64,000 nucleotides of DNA, from positions 23,073 through 87,072 of the forward strand of contig CAVPSD010000017.1 of assembly GCA_963708175.1 (NCBI GenBank), written 5' to 3'. The notes under the pieces were generated by a model. The model saw only the letters and a program-made list of their open reading frames with translations. It was not told where the DNA came from and did not search any database. The position numbers were made by a program, and so were the translations under genes. Positions 1-11,200 of this stretch are shown in pieces (position 1 is the first letter of the stretch; the number at the start of each line of letters is the position of its first letter). Origin of the DNA: an uncultured Acidimicrobiales bacterium. Lineage in GTDB: Bacteria > Actinomycetota > Acidimicrobiia > Acidimicrobiales > DATKAS01.

Positions 1-1
1 C

Positions 2-608
2 GTCATGGACGAGGACGGCATTGCCGCGCTGTGCGCAGCGGCCATCGAGCGCCACGGTCGGCTCGACATCGGCGTGAACGCGGCCGGCCTCGGCGCGTAC
101 TCCCCCGTCGTCGATCAAGACACCGCGACGTGGGACATCGTCATGGCGGTCAACCTCCGTGGCGTGATGCTCTCGATCAAGCACGAGGCGCGAGCGATGG
201 TCGCCGCGGGCAATGGAGGCTCGATCATCAACATCGCTTCTCTCAATGCCATCCAGCCCGCCGAGGGCATGGGCCTCTATTGCGCGACGAAGGCGGCCGT
301 CGACATGTACACGCGCTGCGCAGCGATGGAGCTCGGTCCGCATGGCATCCGTGTGAACTCGATCGGGCCCGGCCTCGTGGACACCCCGCTCGCCGCGTTT
401 CTGAACCAGACGCCGGCGATCCACGCCGCGTTCGTCGAGAACGCACCCCTCGGCCGCACGGGCAACCCCGACGACGTCGCCGCGGTCGCCCTCTTCCTCG
501 CCTCGGACGACGCGTCCTGGATCACCGGCGACCTGCTCAAGGTCGACGGAGGCGCGCGACACAAAGCGGTACCCCGAGCTCGCGAAGATCCTCTCTGCCG
601 AGGGCTGA
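2..608 (+). CDS. SDR family oxidoreductase, 5' end outside the window; C-terminus apparently frameshifted
   Basis: Translation from the window edge shows the SDR core: NAAG, IINIASLN, catalytic YCATKAAV (Y-x3-K), PGLVDTP and SWITGDLLKVDGGA. The uninterrupted ORF (track 5..886) continues as an Arg/Pro-rich tail antisense to the next gene. Skipping one base near 557 gives TKRYPELAKILSAEG-stop at 606-608. Confidence 0.7.
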
Positions 609-611
609 GCG

Positions 612-1383
612 CTACTCCACCGCGGGGCGGGGCGGCGCGGTTGTGTGACACCCCCGCGCCGCCGTCGATGACGTACGTCTCCCCCGTGATCCAAGAGGCG
701 AGGTCGCTCGCGAGGAACGTCGCGAGATCCGCGATGTCCTCGGGCTCACCGAGCCGGCGGGTCGGCATCGAACGAGCGAGGTTGTCTCCAAAGTTGTCGA
801 CAAGCATCTGTGCGAAGTCGGTCTTCACGAGTCCCGGCGCGATGCCGACGACGCGGACTTTCGGACCGAGCTCGCCGCCGAGCTGACGCGTGAGGTGGAT
901 GAGCGCTGCCTTCGTCAGGTTGTAGATGCCCAGCAAACCCTCGGAGCGCATGCCACCGACGGAGGCGATGTTCATGATGACGCCGCCGTTGTCCTTCATC
1001 CACCTCTTCCACGCGGCTTGCGACCAGAAGATGGGGCCCTTCACGTTCACCTGAAAGGTCTTGTCGTAGCGGCCCTCGTCGACGTCCATGATCGGCCCTG
1101 CGTACGGGTTCGTCGCCGCGTTGTTCACGAGGATGTCGAGGCGCCCGAATCGCTCGATGGTCGCTTCCACGCACTGGTCCGCGGCTTCGACGTCGCCGGC
1201 GTTCGCGACGAACACGTGGGTATCTCCGTCGATACCCTTCGCCGCCGCGACGAGCTGGTCGAACTTGCGCGACGAGAGCATGACCTTCGCTCCGGACTCC
1301 GCGAAGCTCGACGCGATCGCGAGGCCGATGCCCTTCGACGCGCCGGTGACGAGTGCGACCTTGCCCTCGAGGCTCACCTGCAT
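612..1383 (-). CDS. SDR family oxidoreductase; C-terminus apparently frameshifted at a C5 run
   Basis: ATG at 1383 gives MQVSLEGKVALVTGASKGIG (Rossmann TGxxxGxG), NNAA, YNLTKAAL (Y-x3-K) and WITGETYVIDGGAG. The track ORF is 277..1908. After GGAGV the frame is junk for about 125 codons. One C fewer in the C5 run at 651-655 gives a stop at 612-614. Confidence 0.75.
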
Positions 1384-1521
1384 GGCTGAGGAGAATACCG
1401 ACGACGGTTCGAGGGCGGCGCAATGCGCCGCCGGGTGCGCGAAGCACCGATTGTCGAACGAAGTGAGCAGGAGCCGGCGGAAGCGAAGCGGAGGCCGGCG
1501 ACGAGGACTTAGCCTGCCTGG

Positions 1522-3489
1522 GTGAACCGGCTCGCCGACGAGACATCGCCGTACCTTCGTCAGCACCGCGACAACCCGGTCAACTGGTACCCCTGGGGCA
1601 CAGAGGCGCTTCAGGCGGCAGTCGAGGCCGACAAGCCGATCCTGCTGTCGGTCGGTTACTCCGCATGCCACTGGTGCCACGTCATGGCCCACGAGTCGTT
1701 CGAGGACGACGAGGTCGCCTCGGCCATGAACGACGGTTTCGTCTGCATCAAGGTCGACCGCGAGGAACGCCCCGACATCGACGCGATCTACATGGAGGCG
1801 GTGCAGGCGATCTCGGGTCAAGGCGGGTGGCCCATGACGGTGTTCATGACACCGGACGGCGAGCCGTTCTTCGGCGGCACGTATTACCCGAAGCCGCAGT
1901 TCCTCCATCTCCTCAGTGCGATCGGCGACGCGTGGCGTGAGCGTCGAGCCGAGCTACTCGACCAGGCCGGGCAGATCACCCAGTCGCTCAACCGCATGGC
2001 GAGGGTCGCGGCGCCCGACGGCCAGTCGTTGCCGGGCACCGATGCCCTCAACGCCGCGCTGCAACAGATCGGCGCCCAGTTCGACCCGGAGTGGGGTGGG
2101 TTCGGGAAAGCACCGAAGTTCCCGCAGGCGATGACGCTCGGGTTGTGCCTGCGCGCGCACGCCCACAACGGCGGGGACGGCGCCCGCACGGTCGTCACCA
2201 CGTCGCTCGACGCGATGGCGTCGGGCGGCATGTACGACCATCTCGGTGGCGGCTTCGCGCGGTACTCCGTCGACGCGTTCTGGATGGTGCCGCACTTCGA
2301 GAAGATGCTGTACGACCAGGCGCTGCTCGCCCGCGTGTACCTCCACGGATGGCAGCAGCTGGGAGAGGAGCGCTGGCGCCAGGTCCTCGACGAGACGATC
2401 ACCTACGTGCTGCGTGACCTCCGTCAACCCGAGGGCGGCTTCGCGTCTGCCGAGGACGCGGATTCCGAGGGCGAGGAGGGGCGGTTCTACGTCTGGCGGG
2501 TCGAGGACATCGACGCTGCGCTCGGCTCCGATCTCGCTCCCGCCGCGATCGAGTGGTACGGCGTCACGAAGGCGGGAAACTTCGAGGGGTCGAACATCCT
2601 CCACCGCCCCGTTCGCGGCGACCTGATTCGACCACCGGCGGTCGAACAGGCGCGCCAGAAGCTCTTCGACGCCCGCGAGCAGCGTGTGCGTCCTGGTCTC
2701 GACGACAAGGTGCTGACCGAGTGGAACGCGCTGATGCTCGATTCGCTCGCTCGCGCAGCCGCCGGGACCCAACGCAGCGACTGGCTCGAGGCTGCGACGG
2801 CAAACGCGGACTTCCTCCTCGCGAACCTGCGTCGGGAGGACGGACGATGGCTGAGGTCCTGGCAGCGCGACGGCGGCGCTCGTCATCTCGCGTTCGCGGC
2901 CGACCACGCCGCCCTCGTGCAAGCCTTCGTGTCACTGGCGGAAGCAACTGGGCAGAAGCGGTGGATCGAGGCCGCGACCACCACGGCGGACGCGCTCCTC
3001 GACCTCTTCTGGGATCCAGAGGGCGGCGGCGTGTTCACCACCGGAATCGATGGTGAGGCGCTGGTCACGCGGCCGAAGGACTTGCTCGACAACGCGACGC
3101 CGTCGGCAAACAGCATGGCGACGCTCGGACTGCTGCGCCTTGCGGCGCTCACCGGCGAGCGGCGCTATCAACACCACGCGGAGCAGATCCTCGCCCTCGT
3201 GGGGTCGCTCGCAATGACGCATCCGCTCGCGTTCCCCGAGCTGCTGTGTGCGGTCGATCTCCACCGATCGGGGGCGACCGAGATCGCGGTGGTGGGCGAC
3301 CGGCCCGATCTCGTCGAGGCGGTGCAGACGCGCTACCTGCCGAACGCTGTCCTCGCATGGGGCGAGCCGTACGAGTCGCCCCTCTGGGAGTCGCGGAAGG
3401 ACGGCTTCGCCTACGTCTGTCGCGACTACGCGTGCCTCGCGCCGGTGGACACTGCGGACGCCCTCACCGCGCAGCTCGCGACCGCCTGA
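1522..3489 (+). CDS. Thioredoxin-domain protein, YyaL/DUF255 (SPATA20-like) family
   Basis: 655-aa intact ORF with a GTG start. The N-terminus [31 protein letters not shown] is the DUF255 thioredoxin-like signature. It is followed by a long alpha/alpha-toroid-like region. Confidence 0.85.
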   Translation: MNRLADETSPYLRQHRDNPVNWYPWGTEALQAAVEADKPILLSVGYSACHWCHVMAHESFEDDEVASAMNDGFVCIKVDREERPDIDAIYMEAVQAISGQGGWPMTVFMTPDGEPFFGGTYYPKPQFLHLLSAIGDAWRERRAELLDQAGQITQSLNRMARVAAPDGQSLPGTDALNAALQQIGAQFDPEWGGFGKAPKFPQAMTLGLCLRAHAHNGGDGARTVVTTSLDAMASGGMYDHLGGGFARYSVDAFWMVPHFEKMLYDQALLARVYLHGWQQLGEERWRQVLDETITYVLRDLRQPEGGFASAEDADSEGEEGRFYVWRVEDIDAALGSDLAPAAIEWYGVTKAGNFEGSNILHRPVRGDLIRPPAVEQARQKLFDAREQRVRPGLDDKVLTEWNALMLDSLARAAAGTQRSDWLEAATANADFLLANLRREDGRWLRSWQRDGGARHLAFAADHAALVQAFVSLAEATGQKRWIEAATTTADALLDLFWDPEGGGVFTTGIDGEALVTRPKDLLDNATPSANSMATLGLLRLAALTGERRYQHHAEQILALVGSLAMTHPLAFPELLCAVDLHRSGATEIAVVGDRPDLVEAVQTRYLPNAVLAWGEPYESPLWESRKDGFAYVCRDYACLAPVDTADALTAQLATA

Positions 3490-3501
3490 GCGCGTCGCTC
3501 G

Positions 3502-5095
3502 TCAGGAGGGTGGGTTCGGCTCGGGCGGACCGCCTGTGCCTGTGTCCCGTTGGCGCTGGCGCGCCTCGCGCAGGTCGATCACCCGGCGGACAGTGACCGC
3601 CGGGCGGTCGGTCGGTGTCTCGACGACCGGTGTCCGCGTCGCATCGAGCGCAGCGGCCACGAGCTCGGCGGCAGCGGCCATCGCCTGCTCTTCCGACGGT
3701 GCGAGCGGGACCGGTCGCGTGCGCAGCGCGTCGACGGTCGCGACGACGTAGCCGCCCTGGTCGGCGACCGGCCACGAGCTCCAAGCGCGCACGCCCGCCG
3801 CCGAGAGTCCGGGAAGGCGCGCCGGCGCGGGTGATGCGCTCACGTCGGCGAGCACGACCGGCTCATTGCGGGCCGCGGCACGGGAGCATGGCGCTCCCGA
3901 GGGATCGATCGCGACGGAACGAAGCGTTCCGGCGAGCAGCTGTGGCACGCGGTCCCCTGCCGCGAGCTCGAGCACACCGGCGCGGACGCGCATCACGACG
4001 CCGAGCGACCAATCCAGCTGGGCCTCGATCAGGCGGCACACCTCTTCGAGCGTCCCCTTCAGCGGTTGTCCCTCGTCGATGCGATCGCGGATCGCAACCC
4101 TCGCCTTCTCGAGGCCCTCGCGACGCGCCTCGTGAGTGGTGTCCCGGAGCTGGAGCGAGAAGAACTGCGGCTCGTCCGCGGCCTCGGCGACCAGCACCAT
4201 GTCCGCAGCGACGTGAGCAGTGGTGCCGTCGGGGCGCAGCAGTCGCAGCGCCCGCGCCCGCACGGGCCCCGTGCCATCGAGCATGCCGTCGGCGTCGCGT
4301 TGGAAGCTCGGGAGGTCGTCAGGGTGGACGAGCGCCTCGAACGGAAGCCCGACGAGGGAACGAGGACCGCGCGACACCAGCTCCGCGAGCGCGGCGTTCG
4401 CGCGGAGGATCCGCCCGTCGCGCCCCACGATCGCCATCCCGACCGGGCTCAGCTCGAACCCCAACCGCAGCTGGTGCTCGCTTTCCACCAGTGCTTCCTC
4501 TGCCGCGTGCCGGTCGGTGACGTCGCGCGCCACCGCGAGACCCGCGTCGTCGTCCTTCGAACTCGATCGACTGCACCGAGACCTCGACCCACACGTGCGC
4601 GCCGCGCTTGGTTCGATGACGCCACTCACCCGGCATCGACGGACCGGGCCCGGGTCGGCGGAACCGCGCGAGCAGCACCGGCACGTCGACCGGGTCGAGC
4701 AGATCGGCAACGCTCATCGTCCGGAACTCCGCCTCCGACCATCCGTACCGCGTGACTGCCTCGTCGTTCACGGCGAGGAACGACAGCGTGTCGAAGTCGT
4801 AGACCCACGTCGGGTCCGGTGAGGCCTCGAACAGCTCGCGGTAGCGGCTGAGCGACGCGAGCAGCTCGGCCTGCGAGGCCGCGAGCCGGCTCGCATAGGA
4901 CCGCAGCAACACGTACAGCCCGAACGTCGAGAGCACGACGAACGCCGCGAGCCCGACGATCGCTCCCCACTTCGCATCGTCAGTGCCGGCGACCGCCAGG
5001 TAGAGGCCCGTGAGCGCGCCGGCCGCGCCGAGCCCGTACAGGAGCGCGAAGCGCGCGGGTCGGAGCCACTGTCCGCCCGCCGCCTCGCCGGTCAC
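3502..5095 (-). pseudogene. Membrane-anchored PAS-PAS-GAF sensor protein with no output domain, split by a 1-nt insertion near 4553-4558
   Basis: Track ORFs 4319..5095 and 3502..4710 overlap in different frames. They join as ..HVWVEVSVQSIEFE / DDDAGLAVARDVTDRHAAEEAL, a typical PAS end. There are two N-terminal TM helices, two PAS cores (SPDPTWVYD.., SPVGMAIVGRDGRILRAN) and a C-terminal GAF-like region. Confidence 0.7.
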
Positions 5096-5107
5096 AGGAG
5101 GCGAACG

Positions 5108-5953
5108 CTACCCCCGGGTGATGCTGATCTGCCCTGCGCCCGTGTTGGCGGTGATCGTCCGGGTCGCGTCGCTCGCTTCGGTCACGTCGACGTTCACATC
5201 GCCGGACGAGGATTGCGCCTCCACCGCATACGGGACATCGGGCACGACCAGCGCGATGTCGCCCGACCCGGACCCGGCGGCGACGCGATTCGTCGCTCCG
5301 GTGACGGTCAGGGAGATGTCTCCGCTCGAGGTGCCGGTCTGGACGGTGGCGCTGTCGATTGCCGTACCGCTGATCGACCCGGAGTCCGTGGCGAGGTCGA
5401 TGCCCCCCGACACGTTCGAGACAGAGACGTCGCCCGAGGAGGTGCGGACCTTCAGGTCGGACGTGACATCGGTCGCGGTCACGTCGCCGCTCGAGGTCTG
5501 GACATCGACGTTGCCCCCGATGCCCTGGAGCTGCACGTCACCCGCGCCGCCGGTCACTCGCACCGCGACGGTGCTCGGCACCGAGACGCGGTATTGCACC
5601 TCGCAGATGAAGGACGGCCCGATGCAGTCAGCGGAGATCAGAAGCGATCCGCCCTCGATCTTCACGTCCGTGTCGGGCTTGAAGAGCGTCCACCTCGCGC
5701 GCTGGCTGACCTGGACCTGGTTTCCCTCGGCGGGCACGATCACGACGAGCCCCGCCGAGCTGTCGATGACGACGTCGGTGGGGGTGCCGGAGAACGAAAA
5801 GGCGTCGTTCTCGTGCCGGCGCAACACGAGGAACACGACGAGGACCACGGCGATCGCCGCCAGCACCGCAGCCACCGTGACGGGCCACCGAGACTTCGTC
5901 CGGCCGACCTCGCGCCTTCGTGCCTCTTGCTGCTGGGCGGCCGTTGAGCTCAC
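5108..5953 (-). CDS. DUF4097 family beta-strand repeat protein with an N-terminal TM anchor
   Basis: Repeated SSGDV/SGSI/GSGDI beta-strand motifs (VQTSSGDVTATDV, VRTSSGDVSVSNV, TGTSSGDISLTV, GSGSGDIALVV) follow a single TM helix. The gene lies 13 nt upstream of the PAS sensor on the same strand. Confidence 0.75.
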   Translation of the reverse strand: MSSTAAQQQEARRREVGRTKSRWPVTVAAVLAAIAVVLVVFLVLRRHENDAFSFSGTPTDVVIDSSAGLVVIVPAEGNQVQVSQRARWTLFKPDTDVKIEGGSLLISADCIGPSFICEVQYRVSVPSTVAVRVTGGAGDVQLQGIGGNVDVQTSSGDVTATDVTSDLKVRTSSGDVSVSNVSGGIDLATDSGSISGTAIDSATVQTGTSSGDISLTVTGATNRVAAGSGSGDIALVVPDVPYAVEAQSSSGDVNVDVTEASDATRTITANTGAGQISITRG

Positions 5954-5968
5954 CCCTCCATTGTGACG

Positions 5969-6568
5969 TCACCAGCCGCCGCGATGGATGACCTCTGACA
6001 GGGCCCGCCGCCGCCGGGTCGCCGCCGACCCGGTAGGACCGCTGTCGGCGGCGTGCCCCATGGCCACGACACCGATCAGCTCGTGGCCTTCGGGGATGCC
6101 GAGACGCTCGCCGACCTCGACCTCGGTGCCACGAAAAAGCCCGAAAAATAGCGCCCCGAGCCCGGCGTCCACCGCCGCGAGCAGGAGCGTCATCGTCGCC
6201 ATCGCCGTGTCAGTGAGCCAGTACGGGACCGGCCAGGCCGACGCCTCTTGCAACCCGGCGGCCGCTTTGTCGGGCTCGGAGTAGCGCCGAAGGTAGGCAC
6301 CGGCGTCGGCGACGGGCAGAACGAGCACCGGCGCGTCGACCACGCCGGGGAAGACGCCTTCCCAGTACCGCCGGAGGGCGCCGACGCTCCAAAAGCGCGC
6401 AATCTCGTCAGGACCGTTCAGCACGACGAAGTCCACGCCCTGGCTGTGGCCAGCCGTCGGGCTGCGGCGAGCGAGGTCGATGATCCGGTCGATCACCTCC
6501 GCTTCGACCGGCGTCGTCGCGAAGCTGCGCACCATCCGGCGCCGGCGGACGGCGTCTTCGAGCTGCAT
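5969..6568 (-). CDS. Nitroreductase family protein
   Basis: The internal ATG at 6568 gives MQLEDAVRRRRMVRSFATTPVEAEVIDRIIDLARRSPTAGHSQG, the classic nitroreductase N-terminus. The upstream part of track ORF 5969..6745 is low quality. Confidence 0.75.
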   Translation of the reverse strand: MQLEDAVRRRRMVRSFATTPVEAEVIDRIIDLARRSPTAGHSQGVDFVVLNGPDEIARFWSVGALRRYWEGVFPGVVDAPVLVLPVADAGAYLRRYSEPDKAAAGLQEASAWPVPYWLTDTAMATMTLLLAAVDAGLGALFFGLFRGTEVEVGERLGIPEGHELIGVVAMGHAADSGPTGSAATRRRRALSEVIHRGGW

Positions 6569-6607
6569 GCCGCACTCCACCCTTCCCGTCACGGTACGTT
6601 CAGGTGC

Positions 6608-7396
6608 ATGGACGCGGCGGAGCGTACCGGTGTGCGCGCACCCTCGGCATTCCTCCTGGCGGCCGAGCAACGCGCCGTGTTCGAGCTCGGCGCGTTCGTC
6701 GCCGCCTCGCCGCTGCTGCGCATGGCCGGGCGCGGTGATCGCCATCCGGTCCTCGTCCTCCCTGGGTTCACCGCGGGCGACCGGTCGACGACGCCCCTAC
6801 GCTGGTTCCTGCGCAGTCAGGGATGGTGGGCGCACGGCTGGCATCTCGGCCCCAACTTCGGGCCCACTCGCCGGATCGTCAACGGCATCCAAGAACGCCT
6901 CGACGAGCTGCACGGGCTGCACGGGCGGACCGTGTCGATCGTCGGCTGGAGCCTCGGAGGGATCTACGCCCGCGAGCTCGCACGTCGAAAGCCGTCGGTG
7001 GTGCGCCAGGTGATCACGCTCGGGAGCCCATTCCGGATGATGGACGGCGACCGCTGCTGGGCGTCCCCCGCATACGACTCGCTCGCCCCCGCCCACCGCG
7101 CCGAGCTGCTGCGCATCGCCCAGCGGGAAGAGGATCGCGAAGCCGTCCCCGTGCCCACGACCGCGATCTACACGCGGACCGATGGCATCGTCCGGTGGCA
7201 CACGTGCATCGACCAGGTCTCAGCGCAGCACGAGAACGTCGAGGTGCGCGGCAGCCACAGCGGCCTCGGTCACAACCCGACGGTGCTCGCCGTGATCGCC
7301 GATCGCCTCGCGCAACCCGAGGACCGCTGGCGCCCGTTCAAGCCCGCGGCGTGGGCGACCGTGTGGTACCCCCGGCCCGCGGACTGGCACGGGTAA
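6608..7396 (+). CDS. Alpha/beta hydrolase fold protein
   Basis: ATG at 6608 (MDAAERTG..). Contains HPVLVLPGF, the nucleophile elbow GWSLGG and a C-terminal His region (GSHSGLGHNP). Divergent from the nitroreductase gene. Confidence 0.7.
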   Translation: MDAAERTGVRAPSAFLLAAEQRAVFELGAFVAASPLLRMAGRGDRHPVLVLPGFTAGDRSTTPLRWFLRSQGWWAHGWHLGPNFGPTRRIVNGIQERLDELHGLHGRTVSIVGWSLGGIYARELARRKPSVVRQVITLGSPFRMMDGDRCWASPAYDSLAPAHRAELLRIAQREEDREAVPVPTTAIYTRTDGIVRWHTCIDQVSAQHENVEVRGSHSGLGHNPTVLAVIADRLAQPEDRWRPFKPAAWATVWYPRPADWHG

Positions 7397-7411
7397 GACC
7401 ACCTGCCGGGT

Positions 7412-7459
7412 TCGTGTCGCGAAGTGCGCCAGATATGGCGCTGTTTGCAACAGAGACGG
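7412..7459. repeat. Palindromic intergenic element, copy A (inverted orientation, degenerate stem)
   Basis: The reverse complement CCGTCTCTGTTGCAAACAGCGCCATATCTGGCGCACTTCGCGACACGAA matches copy C (33860..33911) at about 80 percent by eye. It lies between convergent stops at 7396 and 7467. Confidence 0.7.
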
Positions 7460-7466
7460 TTGAGGG

Positions 7467-8132
7467 TCAGGCGAGCTTCGCGAGGTCTTCGGCCATGACC
7501 CAGCCGAAGGCCACGAGGCAGTCGCCTCGGTTCGCCTTGAAACCCTTGAAGAACGCCGCGACGTCCGCCGGGATGGCTTCGGGCTTCAGCGACTCGTGGT
7601 CGAGCACCCGGGCGACGGCGCCGTTGCCCTTCACCGCGAACCCGTGCTCGTCGTAGGTGCCCTCGACCGCGAAGCGCTTCGCCAGCCGACGACCCCAAGC
7701 CCGCTCCTCGCCGTTGGCCTTGTGGCCCGGACGCGGGTTGATCTCCTTCATCGCCTTGAACGCCTCGAATCCCGATGGCGACGCGAACCGCGTGCCGACG
7801 AGGACGTCTTCGTCCGGGAAGGCGAGGACGGCCCGGCGGAACTGGTCATGCATGACGGCCTTCAGAACGGCATCACGCTTGGAGGTGCGCTTCACCGACG
7901 CGAGGCCGATCAGGACGCTGGGCGTGCCGCCGATGCGCTCGAGGGTGCAGAACGAGAAGCCGTGGAGCTTGCCCTCCGAGCGGGCGAGGGTGATCAGCAC
8001 CCACTCTTCCCGCTGCTTCGAGAGCAGCCCGAAGTCGAAACCAGCGGACCCACCCGTGCAGATGTCGCCCATCTCGCCGAGCTCAGCATCGCTCAGCGCC
8101 GTGCAGTCCTTCGTCTCGACATCGATCGCCAT
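7467..8132 (-). CDS. Hypothetical protein (221 aa), no family recognised
   Basis: Clean ORF with balanced, non-junk composition and an ATG start. I recognise no motif. A loose resemblance to an acyltransferase (GNAT-like) fold is speculation only. Confidence 0.5.
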   Translation of the reverse strand: MAIDVETKDCTALSDAELGEMGDICTGGSAGFDFGLLSKQREEWVLITLARSEGKLHGFSFCTLERIGGTPSVLIGLASVKRTSKRDAVLKAVMHDQFRRAVLAFPDEDVLVGTRFASPSGFEAFKAMKEINPRPGHKANGEERAWGRRLAKRFAVEGTYDEHGFAVKGNGAVARVLDHESLKPEAIPADVAAFFKGFKANRGDCLVAFGWVMAEDLAKLA

Positions 8133-8212
8133 TGGTCAGCCTGCCCCTGATCGTCGCTGGTGCAGGTTCCATTCTGCCATCCCGGCACCCCGATGTGCCC
8201 ATCGATGGCGGG

Positions 8213-11200
8213 TCAGGCGCCGATCGAGTCTGGCCCCAGCAGCACTCGGATCTCGCCCGCGAGCCCATTTCCTGCGTCGACGTTGAAATGCGGGGGCAGC
8301 CGGAGGACCTGTCGTTCGCCGAGATGCAACAACACCGAGGTCGTGCCCGGGTGCTCGAGGAGCAGGCGCTTCAGGCTGTCGATGACGGCCTCGGTCGCGT
8401 TCGACGGTTTCAGTCGGACTCGAAACGGGGCGGCGGCATCGCTGACCGCCTCGATGACGGTGACGTCCAGGCACATGAGCTTCGCGACGTCCTCACGCCC
8501 GTCGACGCGACCCTTCACCAGCACCAGCGCGTCGTCGGCGAGCTTGAAGCCCTGCTCACTCATCACCTTCGGGAACACCATGACCTCGATCGAGCCGCCG
8601 AGATCCTCCAGGGCGAACACGGCCATCAGGTCGCCCTTCTTCGTGTACTTCCGAGCGAGATTCGTGATGACCCCGCCGACCGTGAGGGTGTCGCCGTCGA
8701 CGCGCTCGGCGATGTCGGCGACGCTGCAGTCGCTGCGGCGCCGCAGCATCGCGTCGGCGCCCATCAGCGGATGGTCGCTCACGTAGAGGCCGAGCATCTC
8801 CTTCTCGAACTTGAGGCGCTGCGTCTTGTCGAACTCGAGGTCGGGGATCTGGACTCGCTCGTTGTAGGTCTCGCCTCCTGGTCCGCCCTCACCGAACAGG
8901 CTCATCACGCCCTGATCGCGCTCGCGACGACGAGCGAGCGTGATGTCGACGATCTGCTCGTAGACGGAGAGCAACCCCCGGCGGGGATGACCCAACGAGT
9001 CGAACGCGCCCGCCTTGACCAGCGACTCGATCGCCCGCTTGTTGAGCACCGAAGGATCGACGCGCTCGCAAAAGTCGTAGAAGTCGACGAACGGACCGTT
9101 CTTGTCGCGCTCCTGGAGGATGTTGCGGACGAGGTTCTCGCCGACGTTGCGGACCGCAGACAGGCCGAACGGGATCAACCCCACCGTGCCCGGCGGCAAC
9201 GTCGTCCCGACCGGCGCTTCGTCCACGCCGAGGGCGGCGAAGTCGAGCGACGACACGTTGACGTCGGGAACGAGCACCTTGACGCCGATCTGACGGCACT
9301 CTGCGAGGTAGACGGCCGCCTTGTCCTGGCTCGCCTTCACGCTCGTGAGCAAAGCGGCCAGGTACTCGATCGGATGGTGCGCCTTCAGCCACGCGGTCTG
9401 GTACGCGACGAGGCCGTAGCCATAGGAGTGGCTCTTCGGAAAGGCATAGTCCGCGAACGGCTCGATGATGTCGAACAGCTGGTTGCCGACCTTCTCGCCG
9501 TAGCCGGTCGCCTCACATCCCGCGACGAACTTCTCGCGCTCGCGCGCCATGAGCTCACGGATCTTCTTGCCGCACGCCTTGCGCAGGTTGTCGGCCTCTG
9601 AGAGCGAGTAGCCGGCGAACCGCTGAGCGACACGCATCACCGACTCTTGGTAGATCATCAGCCCGTACGTGTCGCCGAGCAGATCCTCCATGTCGGGATG
9701 CGTGTAGGTGATCGGCTTGCGGCCGTTCTTGCGGTCGGCGAAGTCGGTGTGCATGTTCGCCGCCATCGGGCCCGGCCGGTACAGCGCGACGAGCGCTGCG
9801 ACATCGTCGAAGGTCGTGGGCGCGAGAGACCGCATGAGCGAGCGCATCGGCCCGCCTTCGAGCTGGAACACTCCGATCGAGTCGCCACGGCGAAGCATCG
9901 CGAGCGTGTCATCGTCGTCGAGTGGGACGCGGTCGATGTCGATGCGCTCCCCGGTGCGCTCACGGATGAGCTCGACGGTCTCATCGATCACCGAGAGGTT
10001 GCGCAGGCCGAGGAAGTCCATCTTCAGCAGGCCGAGGTCCTCGACGCCGTGCATCTCGTACTGGGTGACGATCGGAGCGTCCTCTGGCTCTTGCCCGTTC
10101 TCCGGCTTGCGCTGCAGCGGGAGGTACTCCGTGAGCTCGTCTCGGGTGATGACGACCGCGGAGGCGTGGATGCCGGCCTGGCGGCGCAGCCCTTCGAGGC
10201 CCCGCGCGACGTCGACCACCTTCTTCACGTCGGGGTCCGCGGCGTACATCTCGCGCAGCTCTGACGCGGCCTTGAAGCCGTCCTCGTGCTTGGGATCGAG
10301 CTCGAAGCACGCGTGGAGCGGCGTGTCGCGACCCATGACGAGGGGCGGCATGGCCTTGGCGACCTTGTCGCCCACGGCGTAGGGGTAGCCGAGCACCCGT
10401 GCGGCGTCCCGCACCGCGGCCCGCGCCTTGATCTTGGAGAAGGTCACGATCTGCGCGACGTGATCACGCCCGTAGCGCTCCGAGGCGTACCGGATCATCT
10501 CGTCGCGGTACCGGTCGTCGAAGTCCATGTCGATGTCGGGCATCTGGACGCGACCGGGGTTGAGGAACCGCTCGAACAGCAAGTCGTACTTGATCGGGTC
10601 GAGGTCGGTGATGCGGAGGCAGTACGCGACCGCACAGCCGGCCGCGCTCCCCCGGCCGGGCCCGACTCGGATGCCGTGGTCGCGCGCATAGCGGATGAGG
10701 TCCCAGACGATGAGGAAGTACGACGCGAACCCCATGTCCGCGATCACCCTCAGCTCGTAGGAGATCCGTTCGGCGATCGTGGGATGCAGGTGCGCGCCCC
10801 ACCGCTGCTCGGCTCCTTCCATCGCGAGGTGCCGCAGGTAGTCGACATCGTCCGCAAAGCCGTCGGGGATCGGGAATGCCGGCAGCTGCGGCTTGCCGAA
10901 CTCGATCTGCACATCTGCGCGCTCCGCGACCCACAACGTGTTGTCGCAGGCATCGGGCCGCTCGCGGAACAAGCCCCGCATCTCGGCCGCGGTCTTGAGG
11001 TAGTGCTCCTCACCGTCGAACTTGAAGCGCTTTGGGTCGTCGATCGTCGTCCCGGTCTGCACACAGAGCAGCGCGTCATGCGCGACGGCATCGTGCCGGT
11101 GCACGTAGTGGCTGTCGTTCGTCGCGAGGACCGGCGAGCCCAGCTTCTGCGCGATGTCGAGCAGGCCGCCCATCGTCTGGCGCTGCGCGGGGATTCCGTG

